Part shown: positions 15,800 to 28,800 of the stretch, piece by piece
Layout of the letters: each line of letters begins with the position of its first letter
Position numbering within the stretch: the first letter of the stretch is position 1
Assembly (NCBI RefSeq): GCF_009914755.1
Contig: NC_060931.1
DNA: 64,000 nucleotides
Source: the human T2T-CHM13v2.0 reference genome, Homo sapiens
Strand: one strand, 5' to 3'
The notes under the pieces: model-generated
What the model saw: the letters and a program-made list of their open reading frames with translations, nothing else
Told to the model about the DNA's origin: nothing
Database searches by the model: none
Program-made: the position numbers and the translations under genes

Positions 15800-16820
15800 C
15801 TTTGTGATTTTGCTACCTTTTGTCTTTGATGATATTGGTGTACAGATGAGGTGTTTGTGTGGGTGTCCTTTCTCTTTGTTAGTTTTCCTTCTATCAGTCG
15901 GGACTGTCAGCTGCAGGTCTGTTGAAGTTAGCTGGAGGTCCACTCCAGACCCTGTTAGCCTGGGTATCAGCAGCAGAGGCTGCAGAAAAGCGAATGTTGC
16001 TGAACAGTAAATGTTGCTGCCTGATTGTTCCTCTGGAGCTTTCATCTCAGAGGGGTACCCGGCTGTGTGAGGTGTCAGACTGCCCCTACTTGGTGGTGCC
16101 TCCTAGTTATGCTACTTGGGGGTCAGGGACCCATTTGAGGAGGCAGTCTGTCCATTCTCATATCTCAAACTCCATGCTGGGAGAACCTCTACTCTCTTCA
16201 AGGCTGCCATACTGGTACATTTAAGTCTGCAGAGGTTTCTGCTGCCTTTTGTTTGGCTATGCCCTGACCCCAGAGGTGGAGTCTACAGAGGCAGGCAGGC
16301 CTCCTTAAGCTGTGGTGGGCTCCACCCAGTTCAAGCTTCCTGGCGACTTTGTTTACCTACTCAAACCTCAGCAATGGCGGGCACCCCTCCCCCAGCCTCA
16401 CTGCTGCCTTGCTGTTTGATCTCAGACTGCTGTGCTAGCAATGAGCGAGGCACCTTCGGCATGGGATCTTCTGAGCCAGGCGCGGGATATAATCTCATGG
16501 TGTGTCATTTGCTAAGACCGTTGGAAAAGCACAGAATTAGTGTGGAAGTGAACTGATTTTCCAGGTGCCCTCCATCACAGATTTGCTTGTCTGGGAAAGG
16601 GTATTCCCTGACCACTTACACTTCCCCAGTGAGGTGATGCCTTGCTCTGCCTTGGGTCATGATCAGTGGGCTGAACCCACTTTCATACCCCACTCTCCAA
16701 CAAGCCCCAGTGAGATGAACAAGGTACCTCAGTTTGAGATGCAGAAATCACTGTCTTCTGTGTCGCTCATGCTCGGAGCTGTAGATTGGAGCTGTTCCTA
16801 TATGGCCATCTTGGAACACC
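15800..16820 (-). promoter_or_regulatory. L1 5'UTR internal promoter with YY1 site (16804-16813)
   Basis: CAAGATGGCC at the element 5' end; GC-rich but CpG-decayed UTR. Confidence 0.85.
16374..16556 (+). pseudogene. ORF0: L1 antisense ORF0, truncated at 60 aa
   Basis: MAGTPPPASLLPCCLISDCCASNERG...SEPGAGYNL...EKHRISVEVN* resembles primate L1 ORF0 (MAGAPPPASLPPCSLISDCCASN...). The ATG is in GCAATGG context; TGA replaces the Arg codon before FSRC. Confidence 0.85.
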
Positions 16821-16832
16821 CTCTGAAAGTGA

Positions 16833-19800
16833 AAACTTTCTTTTCATTCAGCAGTTTGGAAACACTTTTTTTGTAGAATCTGCGAAGGGATATTTGGGAG
16901 TGCATTGATGCCTATGGTTAAAAAGAAAATATCTTCAGTTGAAAACTAGAAAGAAGCTTTCAGAGAAACTGCTTTGAGATGTGTGCATTCACCTCACAGA
17001 GTTAAACGTTTCTTTTGATTCAGCAGTTTGGCCACACTGTTTTTCTCCACATTGCCAATGGACATTTGGGAGCTTATTGAGGCCGATGGTGAAAAAGCAA
17101 ATAGGCCTGGTTAAAAACTAGAAGGAATCTATCTGAGAAATTGCTTTGTGATGTGTGCATTCATCTCACAAAGTTAAACTGCTTTTCATTCAGCACTTTG
17201 GAAACACTGTTTTGGTAGCATCTGCGAAGGGATATTTGGGAGCTCATTGAGGCCTATGGTGAAAAATATCTTCAGATTAAAAATAAGAAAGAAGATTGCC
17301 GAGAAACTGCATTGTGATATGTGCATTAATCTCACAGGGTTAAGCCTTTCTGTGGTTTCAGCAGTTTGGAAACTGTTTTTATCTGTTCTGCAAATGGACA
17401 TTTCAGAGCTCATGGAGGACAATGGAGAAAAAGTGAAAATCCCATGATAAAAACTAGAAGGAAGCTATCTGAGAAACGGCTTTTCAATGTGTGATTTCAT
17501 CTCACAGAGTTAAGCCTTCATTTTCATTCAGCAGTTTGGAAACACTGTTTTGCTAAAATCTGGGAAGTGATATTTGGGAGCTAATTGAGGCCTAAGGTGA
17601 AAAAGGAAATAGCTTCAGATAAAAATTAGAAAGAAGCTTTCTGAGAAACTGCTTTGTGATGTGTGCATTCATCTCACAGATTTACAACTTTCTTTGGATT
17701 AAGAAGTATGGAAACACTGTTTTTGTAGAATCCGCAAAGGGATATTTGGGAGCTCATTGAGGCCAAAGTTGAAAAAGTGACTATCCCAGGAAAACACTAG
17801 AAGGAAGCTATCCGAGAAACCATTTTGTGATGTGTGGTTTCGCCTCACAGAGTTAACCCTGTCTTTGGATTCAGCAGTTTAGAAACATTGTTTCTGTAAT
17901 ATGTGCTGTGGGATAATTGGGAGCTCATTGAAGCCAAAGGTGAAAAAGCGTATATCCCAGGATAAAAACTAGAAGGAAGCTATCTCAGAAACCACTTTCT
18001 GATATGAGTATTCGTCTTGGAGACTTAAAACTTTCTTTACATTCAGCAGTTTGGAAACACGGCTTTTGTAGGATCTGCAAAGGGAGATTTGGGAGCACAT
18101 TGGGTCCTATGGTTAAAAAGGAAATATCATCAGATAAAAACTAGAAGGAAGCTTTCTCAGAAACTGCTTTGTGATTTGTGCATACATCTCACAGAGTTAA
18201 ACCATTCCTTGCATTCAGAAGTTTAGAAACACTGTTTTTTTGAATCTGTAAAGAGATATTTGATAGCTCATTGAGGCCATAGGGGAAAAAGAAATATCCC
18301 AGGATAAAAACTAAAAGGAAGTTATCTGAGAAATTCTTTTGTAATGTGTGCCTTCATCTCACAGAGTTAAACTTTTCTTTCCTTTCAGCAACTGGTAAAC
18401 ACCACTTTGGTAGAATCTACAAGGGATATTTGGGAATGTATTGAAGCCTATGGTGAAAAAAGAAATATCTTCAGATAAAAACTAAAAAGAAGCCTTCTGA
18501 GAAACTGCATTGTGATGTGTGCATTCATCACACAGAGTTAAAATTGCTTTGGAAACGGCAGTTTAGAAACAGTGTTTTTGTCCATTCTGCAAATTGACAT
18601 TTGTTAGCTCATTGACCCAATGACAAAAAAGAGAGTATCCCAGGATAAAAACTAGAAGGAAGCTATCTGAGAAACCACTTTGTGATGTGTGCATTAATCT
18701 CACAGAGTTAAATATTTCTTTTCATTCAGTAGTTTCAAAACACTTTTGGGGTAGAATGTGTGAAGGGATATTAGGGAGGGCATTGAGGCCTGTGGTGAAA
18801 AAGGAAATATCTTGAGATAAAAAACAAAAGAAGCTTTCCAAGAAACAGCTTTGTGATATGTGCACTCATCACACAGGGTTAAATCATTCTTTCCATTCAG
18901 CAGTTTGGAAACACTGTTTTAGGAGAATCTGCACAGGGATATTTTGGAGCTCACTGAGGCCAAAGTCAAGAAGTCAAATATTCAATGATAAAACTTAGAA
19001 GAAAGTTATCTGAGAATCCATTTGTGATGTGTGTATTCATCTCACACAGGTAAACTTTCTGTGCATTCAGAATTTTTGAAACACTTTTTTTTAAGAATCT
19101 GTGAAGAGGTATTTAGTGCAAATTGAGGCCTATGGTGAAAAAGGAAATATCTAAAGACAAAAACTAGAAAGAAGATTTCATAAAAAGTATTTTGTGATGT
19201 CTGCATTCATCTCAAAGAGTTGAACGTTTCTTTGGATTCAGCAGTTTGGAAACACTGTTTTTGTAGTATCTGTAAATTGATATTTGGGAACTCATTGCGG
19301 CCAAAGGCGAAAAAGCTAATATCCAAGGATAAAAATTTCAAGGAAGCTATGTGAGGCACGGCTTTGTGATGTGTGCATTCATCTTGCAGAGTTAAACATT
19401 TCCTTTCATTTAGCAGTTTGGAAACACTGTTTCGGTAGAATCTACAAAGGGATATTTGGGAGCGCATTGAAGACAATTGTGAAAAAGGAAATATCTTCAG
19501 ATAAATATGAGAAAGAAGCTTTCTGAGAAACTGCTTTGTGATATGTGCATTCATCTCACAGAGTTAAACATTTCTTTTGATTCAGAAGTTTTGAAACACT
19601 GTTTTTGTCCATTCTACAAATGGATATTTCTGATCTCACTGAGGCCAGTGGCGAAAAATCATATATACTCGGAGAAAAACTAGAAGGAAGTCATCTGAGA
19701 AACTGCTTTGTGATGTTTGCATTCATCTCACAGAGTTAAACCTTACTTTTCATTCACCGGTTTGGAAACACTGTTTCTTTAGAATCTACAAAGGGATCAT

Positions 19801-22800
19801 TGGCAGTGCATTTAGTCCTAAGGTGAAAAAGGAAATACCTTCAGATAAAAACTAGAAAGAAGCTTTCTGAGAAACTGCTTTGTGATGTGTGCATTCATCT
19901 CACAGAGATAAACCTGTCTTTGGATTCAGCAGATTGGAAACACTCCTTTTATAAAATCTTCGAAGGGGTATTTGATAGCTCATTGAGGCCAAAGGTGAAA
20001 AAGTGAATATCCCAGGATAAAAACCAGAAGGAACCTATCTGAGAAACTAGTATGAGATATGTGCATTCATCTGGCAGAGCTAAATTTTTCTTTTCATTCA
20101 GCAGTTTGGAAACACTGACTTGGTAGACTCTGGGAAGGGAAATTTGGGAGCACCATGAGACCTATAGTGAAAAAGGAAATATCTTCAGATAAAAACTGGA
20201 AAGAATCTTTCTGAGAAAGTACTTCTTGATATGTGCATTCATTTCACACACACACAGAGTTGAACCTTCCTTTGGCTTCAGCCATTTGGAAACATTGTTT
20301 TTGTCCCTTCTGCTAATGGACAGTTGGGAGCTCATTGAGGTCAATGGCAAAAAAGCGAACATCCTAGGATAAAAACTACAAGGAAGATATCTGAGAGACC
20401 AATTTGTGATGTGTGGATTCATCTCACATTCTTAAACCTTTCTAACCATTAGGCAGTTTGGAAACACAAATTTGGTAGAATCTGTAAAGGGATATTGGGA
20501 GCGCATTGGGGCCTACGGTGAAAAAGGAAATATCTTCAGGTAAAACTAGATAGAAGCTTTCTGGGAACTGTTTTGTGATGTGTACATTCATCTCACAGAG
20601 TTAAAACTTTCTCTGGATTGCACAGTTTGGAAACACTGTTGTTGTAGAAACTGCATAGGGATATTTGAGAGTGTATTGAGGCCGATGATGAAAAAGGAAA
20701 TATTCTCAGATAAAAACTAGAAAGAGCTTACTGAGAAACTACTTGGTGATGTGTGCATTCATCTCTCCCTGTTAAACCTTTCTTTTCATTCAGCAATTTG
20801 TAAAACTGTTTTTGTACAATCTGTGACATTATATTTGGGGGTGCATTGAGGCCTATAGTGAAAAGGAAATGTCTGCAGATAAAAACTAGAAAGAAGCTTT
20901 CTGAGAAATTGCTTTGTAATGTGTGCATTCATCTCACATAGTTAAATTCTTTATTTGGAGTCAGCAGTTTGGACCCACTGTTTTTGTCCATGCTGCAAAT
21001 GGACATTTGGGAGCTCAATGTGGCTAATGGCAATAAAGTGAATATCCCAGGATAAAACATAGAAGAAAGGTATCTGAGAAACCGTTTCTTGATGTGTGCA
21101 TTCATCTCTCAGAGTTAAACCTTTCTTTTCATTCAGCAGTGTGGAAACTCTGTTTTCGTAGAATCTGCAAAGAGATATCTGGAAATGCATTGAGGTCAAT
21201 GATGAAAAAGGAAAAATCTTCAGATGAAAACTAGAAAGAAGATTTCTGAGAAACTGCTTTGTGATGTGTGCATTCACCTCACAGAGTTAAATCTTTCTTT
21301 GTTTTCATCAGTTTGGAAACACTGTTTTTGTCAATTTTGCAATTGGACATTTGGGAGATCATTGAGGCCAATGGCAAAAAAGCACATATCCCAGGATAAC
21401 AACTAGAAGAAAGCTAAAGGAGAAATCACTTTGTCATGTGTGCATTCCTCTCACAGAGTTAAACCTTTCTTTTCATTCTGCAGTGTGGAAACCATGTTTT
21501 TGTAGAATCTGTGAAGGGATAACTGAGAGTGCATTGAGGCTTATGGTGACAAAGGAAATACGTTCAGATAAAAACTAGAAAGAAGCTTTCTGAGAAACTG
21601 CTTTGTGATGTGTGCATTCACCTCACCGAGTTAAACCTTTCTTTGGATTCAGCAGTTTGGAAACACTGTTTTGGTAGAATCTAAGATGGGATATTTAGGA
21701 ATGCATTGAGGCTAAAGACAAAAAAGTGAACGTGCCAGGATAAAAACTAGAAGGAAGCTATCTGAGAAACTGCTTTGTGATGTGCACATTCATCTTGCCA
21801 AGGTTAACCTTGCTTTTCGTTCAGCAGTTTCAAAACACTGCTTTGGTAGAATATGCAAAGGGAAGTTTGGGAGCACATTGAGGCCTATGGTGAAAAAGGA
21901 ATTAACATTCAGATAAAAACTACAAAAAAGCTTTCTGGGAAACTTCTTTGTGATGGGTGCATTCATCTGACAGAGTTAAACTTTTCTTTGGATTCAGCAG
22001 TTTGGACACACTATTTTTGTCTATTCTGTGAATGGACATTTGAAATCTCATTGAGGCCAATGGTGAAAAATTGAATATGCCAGTATAAAAATTATAAAGA
22101 CACTATCTGAGAAACTGCTTTGTGATGTGTGCATTCATCTCACACAGTTGAACCTTTCAACCATTAAGCAGATTGGAAACACAATTTTGGTGGAATCTGA
22201 AAAGGGATATTTGGGGGCACAGCAAGGACTATGGTGGAAAAAGAAATATCTTCAGATAAAAAATAGAAAGTAACTTTCTGAGAAACTGCTTTGTGACATT
22301 TGCATTCATCTCACAGAGTTAAACCTTTCCTTGGACTCCATAGTTTGGAAACACTGTTTTGTAGAATCTGCAAAGGTATATTTTGGACGTCATTGAGGCC
22401 AAAGGGAAAAAAGTGAATATCCCAGGATAAAAACTAGAAGGAGGCTATCTGAGTAATCTCTTAGTGATGTGTGCATTCATCTCACAGAGTTAAACTTTCC
22501 CTTTCATTCAGCAGTTTGGAAACACTGTTTTTGTAGAATCTATGAAGGGATATTTAGAAGTGCATTGAAGACTATGGTGAAAAAGGAAATATCTTCAGAT
22601 AAAAATGAGAAAGAAGCTTTCTGAGAAACTACTTTGTGATGTGTGCATTCATCTCACAGAGTTAAACATTTCTTTAGATTCAGAAGTTTGGAAACACTGT
22701 TTTTGTCCATTCTATAAATGGATATTTCCAATCACATTGAGGCCAGTGATGAAAAATAATATATCCCCAGATAAAAACTAGAAGGAAGTCATCTGAGAAA

Positions 22801-25800
22801 CCACTTTGTGATGTTTGCATTCATCTTACAGAGTTGAACCTTACTTTCCATTCAGCATTTTGGAAACACTGATTTTTTAGAACCTGTGAAGGGATCATTG
22901 GCAGTGCATTGAATCCTAAGGTGAAAAAGGAAATATCTTCAGATAAAAACTAGAAAGAAGCTTTCGGAGGATCTGCTTTTGATGTGTGCATTCATCTCAC
23001 AGAGATAAACCTGCCTTTGGATTCAGCAGATTGCAAACACTGTTTTCATAGAATCTGCAAAGGGATACTTGGGAGCTCATTGAGGCCAAAGTGAAATAGC
23101 AAATATCCCAGGATAAAAACTAGAAGGAAGCTGTCTGAGACACCGCTTTGCAATGAGTGCATTCATCTTCCACAGTTAAACTTGTCTTTTCATTCAGCAG
23201 TTTGGAAACACTTTTTTCTGTAGAATATGCAAAGGGATATTTGGGAGTGCATTGAGGCCAATTTTTAAAAGGAATTATCTTCAGATAAATACTAGTAAGA
23301 AGCTTTCTGTGAAACTGATTTGTGATGTGTGCTTTCATTACAGGGAGTTAAATCTTAACTTGGACTCTGCAGTTTCAAAAATCTGTTTTTGTGAATTGTG
23401 CAAGTGGATGTTTTGAAACTCTTTGAGGCAAATCATGAGAAAGCTAATATCCCAGGACAAAAACTATAGGGAAGTTGAGAAACCACTGTGTGATGTGTGC
23501 ATTCATCTCACGGTGGTAAACATGTCTTTTCATTCAGCAGTTTGGAAAAAGTAATCTCTTTGTGATGTGTGCATTCACCTCGTGAACTTCTAACTTTCTT
23601 TTCATTCAGCAGTTTAGAAACACTGTTTTATTAGAATCTGCAAAGGGGTATTTGGGAGTGCAATTAAGTGTATGGTGCGAAAGGAAATATCTTCAGAAAA
23701 AACTAAAAAGAACTTTTCTGAAAAACTGCTTTGTGATGTGTGCATTCTTCTCACAGAGTTAAAACTTTCTGTGGATTCAGCAGTTTGCAAACAGTTTTTT
23801 TTGCATACTGTAAATGGACATTTTGGAGCTCATTGAGACCAATGGCAAAAAAAGGGAATATCCAAGGATAAAAACTAGAAGGAAGCTACCTAAGAAAACT
23901 CTTTGCGTTGCTTTCCTTCATCTCTAAGAGTTAAATTTTTCTTTTCACTCAGCAGTTTGTGAACACTGTTTTGGTAGAATCTGCTAAGGGACATTTTGGA
24001 GGGCATTGAGGCTTATGGTGAAAAAGGAAATATCATCAGATAAGTAGAAAGAAGCTTTATGACAAACTGTTTTGTGATGTGTGCATTCAACTCACAGGGT
24101 TAAACTTTTCTTTGAATCAGCAGCCTGAAAACACAGTCCTTGTGCATTCTGTGAATGGACATTTGGGAGCTCATTGAGGCCGTAGGTGAAAAAGCAAATA
24201 TCCCAGGATAAAAACTAGAAGAAAGGTATCTGAGGAACCGCTTTGTGAAATGTGCATTCATCTCACAGTGTTAAATCTTTCTTTTCATTCAACAGTTTGG
24301 AAACACTATTTTGGTAGGCTCTGCGATGAGATATATGGGAGCACATGGATGCCTAGGGTGAAAAAGGAAGTATCTTCAGATAAAAAGTAGAAAGAAGCTT
24401 TCTGTGAAACTGCTTTGTGATGTGTGCATTCATCTCACAGAGTTAAACCTTTCTTTGGATTAAGCAGGTTGGAAACACAGTTTTTGTAGAATCCACGAAG
24501 GGATATTATATATCTCATTGATGCTATAGGTGAAAAAGGTTATATCCCAGGATCAAAAATAAAAGGAAGCTATCTGTGAAACTGCTTTGGAAGTGTGAAT
24601 TCGCCACACAGAGATAAACCTTTCTTCTCATTCATCAGTTTGAAAACACTGTTTTGGTAGAATCTGCAAAGGGATATTTGAGAGTGCATTGAGGCCTATC
24701 ATGAAAAAGGAAATATTTTCAGATAAAAACTAAAAAGAAGCTTTCTTAGAAACTTCTTTGTGATGTGTACATTCATCTCACAGAGTTATACCATTCTTTT
24801 GATTCAGCATTTTGGAAATATTGTTTTTGTCCATTCTGCAAATAGACATTTGGGAACTCTTTGAGGCCAATGGCGAAAATGCTAATATCCCAGCAAAAAA
24901 ACTGGTAGGAGACTATTGGAGAAACCCCTGTGTGATGTGTCCATTCAAGTCACAGAGTTAACACTTTCCTCTCATTCAGCAGTTTGGAAACATTGTTTTG
25001 GTAGAATCTGTGAAGGGATATTTGGTAGCTTTTTGATGTTTACGAGGAAAAAGAAAATATCTTCAAATAAAACAAGAAAGAAGATTCCACATACACTGCT
25101 TTGTGATGTGTGCATTCATGTTGCAGAGTTAAAACTTTCTTTGTATTCAGTAGTTTGGAAACACTGTTTTTGTAGAATCTGTGAAGGGATATTTGATAGC
25201 TCATTGAGGCCATATGGGAAAAAAGGATTACTCCAGGTTAAAAAATACAAGAAGCTAAATGAGAAACTTCCTTGTGATGTGTGCATTCATCTCACAATGT
25301 TAATCTTTTCTTTGGATTCAACAGTTTGGAAAAGCTGTTTTTGTAGAATTTGCAAAGGGATATTTGGTAGCACATTGAGGCCAAAGGTGATAAAGGGAAT
25401 ATCCCAGGATAAAAACTAGGAGGATGTTATCTGAGAAACCACTTTGTGATGTGTGCATTCATCTCACAGAGTTACACCTTTCTTTTCGTTCAACAGTTTG
25501 GAAACTCTGCTTCTATAGAATGTGCAAATGGATATTTGGGAGCCCATTGAGGCCTATGATGAAAAAGGGGACATCTTCAGATAAAAACTAGAAAGAAGAT
25601 TTCTGAGAAACTGCTTTGTGATGTGTGGATTGATCTAATAGAGTTAAACCTTTGTTTGTATTCAGCAGATTGGAAACACTGTTTTTGTCAATTCTTTGAA
25701 TGGACACTCCAGAGCTCCTAGTGGACAATGGAGAAAAAGTGAATATCCTAGGGAAAAAAAAAACTAGAAGGAAGCTATCTGAAAAACTTCTTTTTGATGT

Positions 25801-28800
25801 GTGCATTCATCTCTCAGAGTTAAAAATTCTTTTCATTCAGCAGTTTGAAAACACTGTTTCTGTAGAATATGAGAGTGGTTATTTGGGAGTGTATTGAGGC
25901 CTATGGTGAAAAGGAAATATCTTCAGGTTAAAAACTAGAAAGAAGATTTCTGAGAACCTGCTTTGTGATGTTTGCTTTAAGCTCATAGAGTTACACCTTT
26001 ATTTGGAATAAGCAGCTTGGAAACACTCTTTTTGTAGAATCAGCAAAGAGATATTTGGGAGCTCACTGTGGCCAAAGGTGAAAAAGCAAATATACCAGGA
26101 TAGAAACTAGATGGATTACATTTGACAAACTGCTTTGTGATGTATGCATTCATTACAGAGAGTTAAAACTTTCTGTGGACTGAGCAGTTTTCAAACACAA
26201 TTTTTGTCCATTCTGTGAATGAACACTTTGGAGCTCACTGAGGCCAAGAGCAATAAAGGGAATATACCAGGATAAAAACTAGAAGGAAGCTATCTGAGAA
26301 AATGCTTTGTGATGCATGCATTCATCTCATAGAGTTAAAACTTTCTACTCATTTAGCATTTTGGGAACACTGTTATGGAAGAATCTGCAAAGGGATATTT
26401 GGGAGCACATGTAGGCCTATGGTGAAAAAGGAAATATCCTCAGATAAAAAATAGTGATAAGCTTTCTGAGAAACTGCTTTGTGATGTGTGCATTCACTTT
26501 ACAGAGTTAAACATTTCTTTGGATTCAGGAGTTTGGAAACACGGCTTTTGTAGAATCTATGAAGGGATATTTGGGAGATCATTGAGGCCAAAGGTGAAAA
26601 AGTGAATATCCCAGGGTAAAAAACAGAAGGAACCTATCTGAGTAACCAGTTTGTGATGTTTGCATTCATCTCGCAAAGTTAAACCTTTTTTTCATTTCAG
26701 CAGTTTGGAAACACTCTTTTTATAGAATCTGTGAAGGGATATTTGGGAGCACTTTGAGGCCTATGGTGAAGAAGAAAATATTTTAAGATAAAAACTAGAA
26801 AGAAGCTTTCTAAGAAACTGCTTTGTGATGTGTGCACTCAACTCACAGAGTTATACCTTTCTTCAGATTCAGTAGTTTGTAAGCACTGTTTTTGTCCATT
26901 CTATGAATGGACATTTGGGAGCTCATTGAGGGCAAAGGCAAAAAATTGAAAATCCCAGTATAAAAACTAGAAGGAACCTGTCTGAGAAAGAGCTTTGTGA
27001 TGTGTGCATTCATCTAGCACAGATAAACATTTCTTTTTTATTCAGTAGTTTGGAGGCCCTGTTTTGGTAGAATCTTTTAAGAGATACTTGGGAGTGCTTT
27101 GATGTCTACGGTGAAAAGGAAATATTTTTCTATGAAAACTAGAAAAAAGCTTTCTTATAAACAGCTTTGTGATGTGTCCATTCTTCTCACAAAGTTAAAT
27201 CTTTCTTTTCATTCAGCAGTGTGGAAACACTGTTTATGTAGAACCTGCAAGGTGATACTTGGGAGTGCTTTGAGGCCTATGGTGAAAAAGGAAATATCTT
27301 CAGATAAAAACTTGAAACAAGCTCTCTGTGAAACTGTTTTGTGATGTGTATTCATCTCAGAGAGTTAAACCTTTCTTTGCGTTCAGCTGTTTGGAAACAC
27401 TGTCTTTGTCAATTCTGCAAATGGACATTTGGGAGTTCATTGAGGTCAATGGTGAACAAGTGAATATTCCAGTATAAAAACTAGAAGGAAGCCATTTGAG
27501 AAACTGCTTTGTGATGTGTGCATTCATCTCGTGGAGTTAAATTTTTTTTCATTCATCAGTTTGGAAACATTATTTTTGTAGAATATGCAAAGGGATATTT
27601 TGGAGCGCATTGAAGCCTATGGTGAAAAAGGAAATATTTTCAGAAAAAAACTAGAAAAAATCTTTCTGAGAAACTACTTTTTGGTGTGTACATTCATCTC
27701 ACAGAGTTAAACATTTTTTTGGATTCAGAAGTTTGGAAACACTGTTTTTGTAGAATCTGCAAAAGGATATTTAGGAGCACATTTAAGCCAAAGATGAAAA
27801 AGTGAATATCTGAAGATAAAAACTAGAAGGAAGCTATCTGAGAAACTGCTTTGTGATGCATGCATTCATCTCACTGATTTAAACTTTCTTGGAATTCAGA
27901 AATTTGGAAACACTGTTTTTGTGGAATCTGTGAAGGACTATTTGGGAGCTCTTTGAGGCCAATCACAAAAGAGAGTATATCCCAGAATAAAAACTAGAAG
28001 GAAGCTATTTGAGAAACCACTTTATGATGTGCACATTCATCTCAGAGAGTTAAACCTGTCTTTTGATTCAGCAGTTGGAAACACTGTTTTGGTAGAAACT
28101 GAGAAAGTATTATAGGGAGTGCATTGAGGCCAATGGTGAAAAAGGAAATACCTTCAGATAAAACTAGAAAGAAGCTTTCTGAGAACCTGCTTTGTGATGT
28201 GTTCATTCACCTCACAGAGTTAAACCTTTCTTTAAAGTCAGCAGTTTGGCAACACTGTTTGTGTAGAATCTGAAAAGGGATATTTGATAGTTTATTGAGG
28301 CCAAAGGCAAAAAAGCGAATATCACAGCATAAATACTAGTAGGAAGCAATCTAAGAAACCTCTTCATGATGTGTGCAATCATTTCACAGAACTAAAAGTT
28401 TCTTTTCAATTCAGCAATTTGGAAACACTGTTTTGGTAGAATCTGTGAGGGGATTTTTAGGAGCCCATGGAGGGCTACAGTGAAAAAGGAAATATCTACA
28501 GATAAAAACTAGAAAGAAAGGCTCTGAGCAACTGCTTTGTGATGTGCACATTCATCTCACAGAGTTAAAACTTTCTTGGATTCAGCAGATTGGAAAAACT
28601 GTTTTTGTACAATCTGTGAAAGCACATTTGATAGCTCATTGAGGCCAAAGTCTTAAATGCAAATATCCCATGATAAAAACTAGAAGGAAGCTATCTGAGA
28701 AACTGCTTTGTGTTGTGTGCACGCATCTCACAGAGTTAAACCTTTCTTTTCATTCAGCAGTTTGCAAATATTGTTTTGGTAGAATCTGTGAAGGGATATT

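Noticed and set aside
20245-20256. (CA)6 run and other 5-8-bp slippage duplications (e.g. ~46210, ~46915, ~51475)
   Set aside because: Ordinary replication slippage, too small to be informative.
24916-25419. 167-aa ORF and the many other 60-115-aa ORFs in the satellite
   Set aside because: All are alphoid translations on either strand, with no gene structure.
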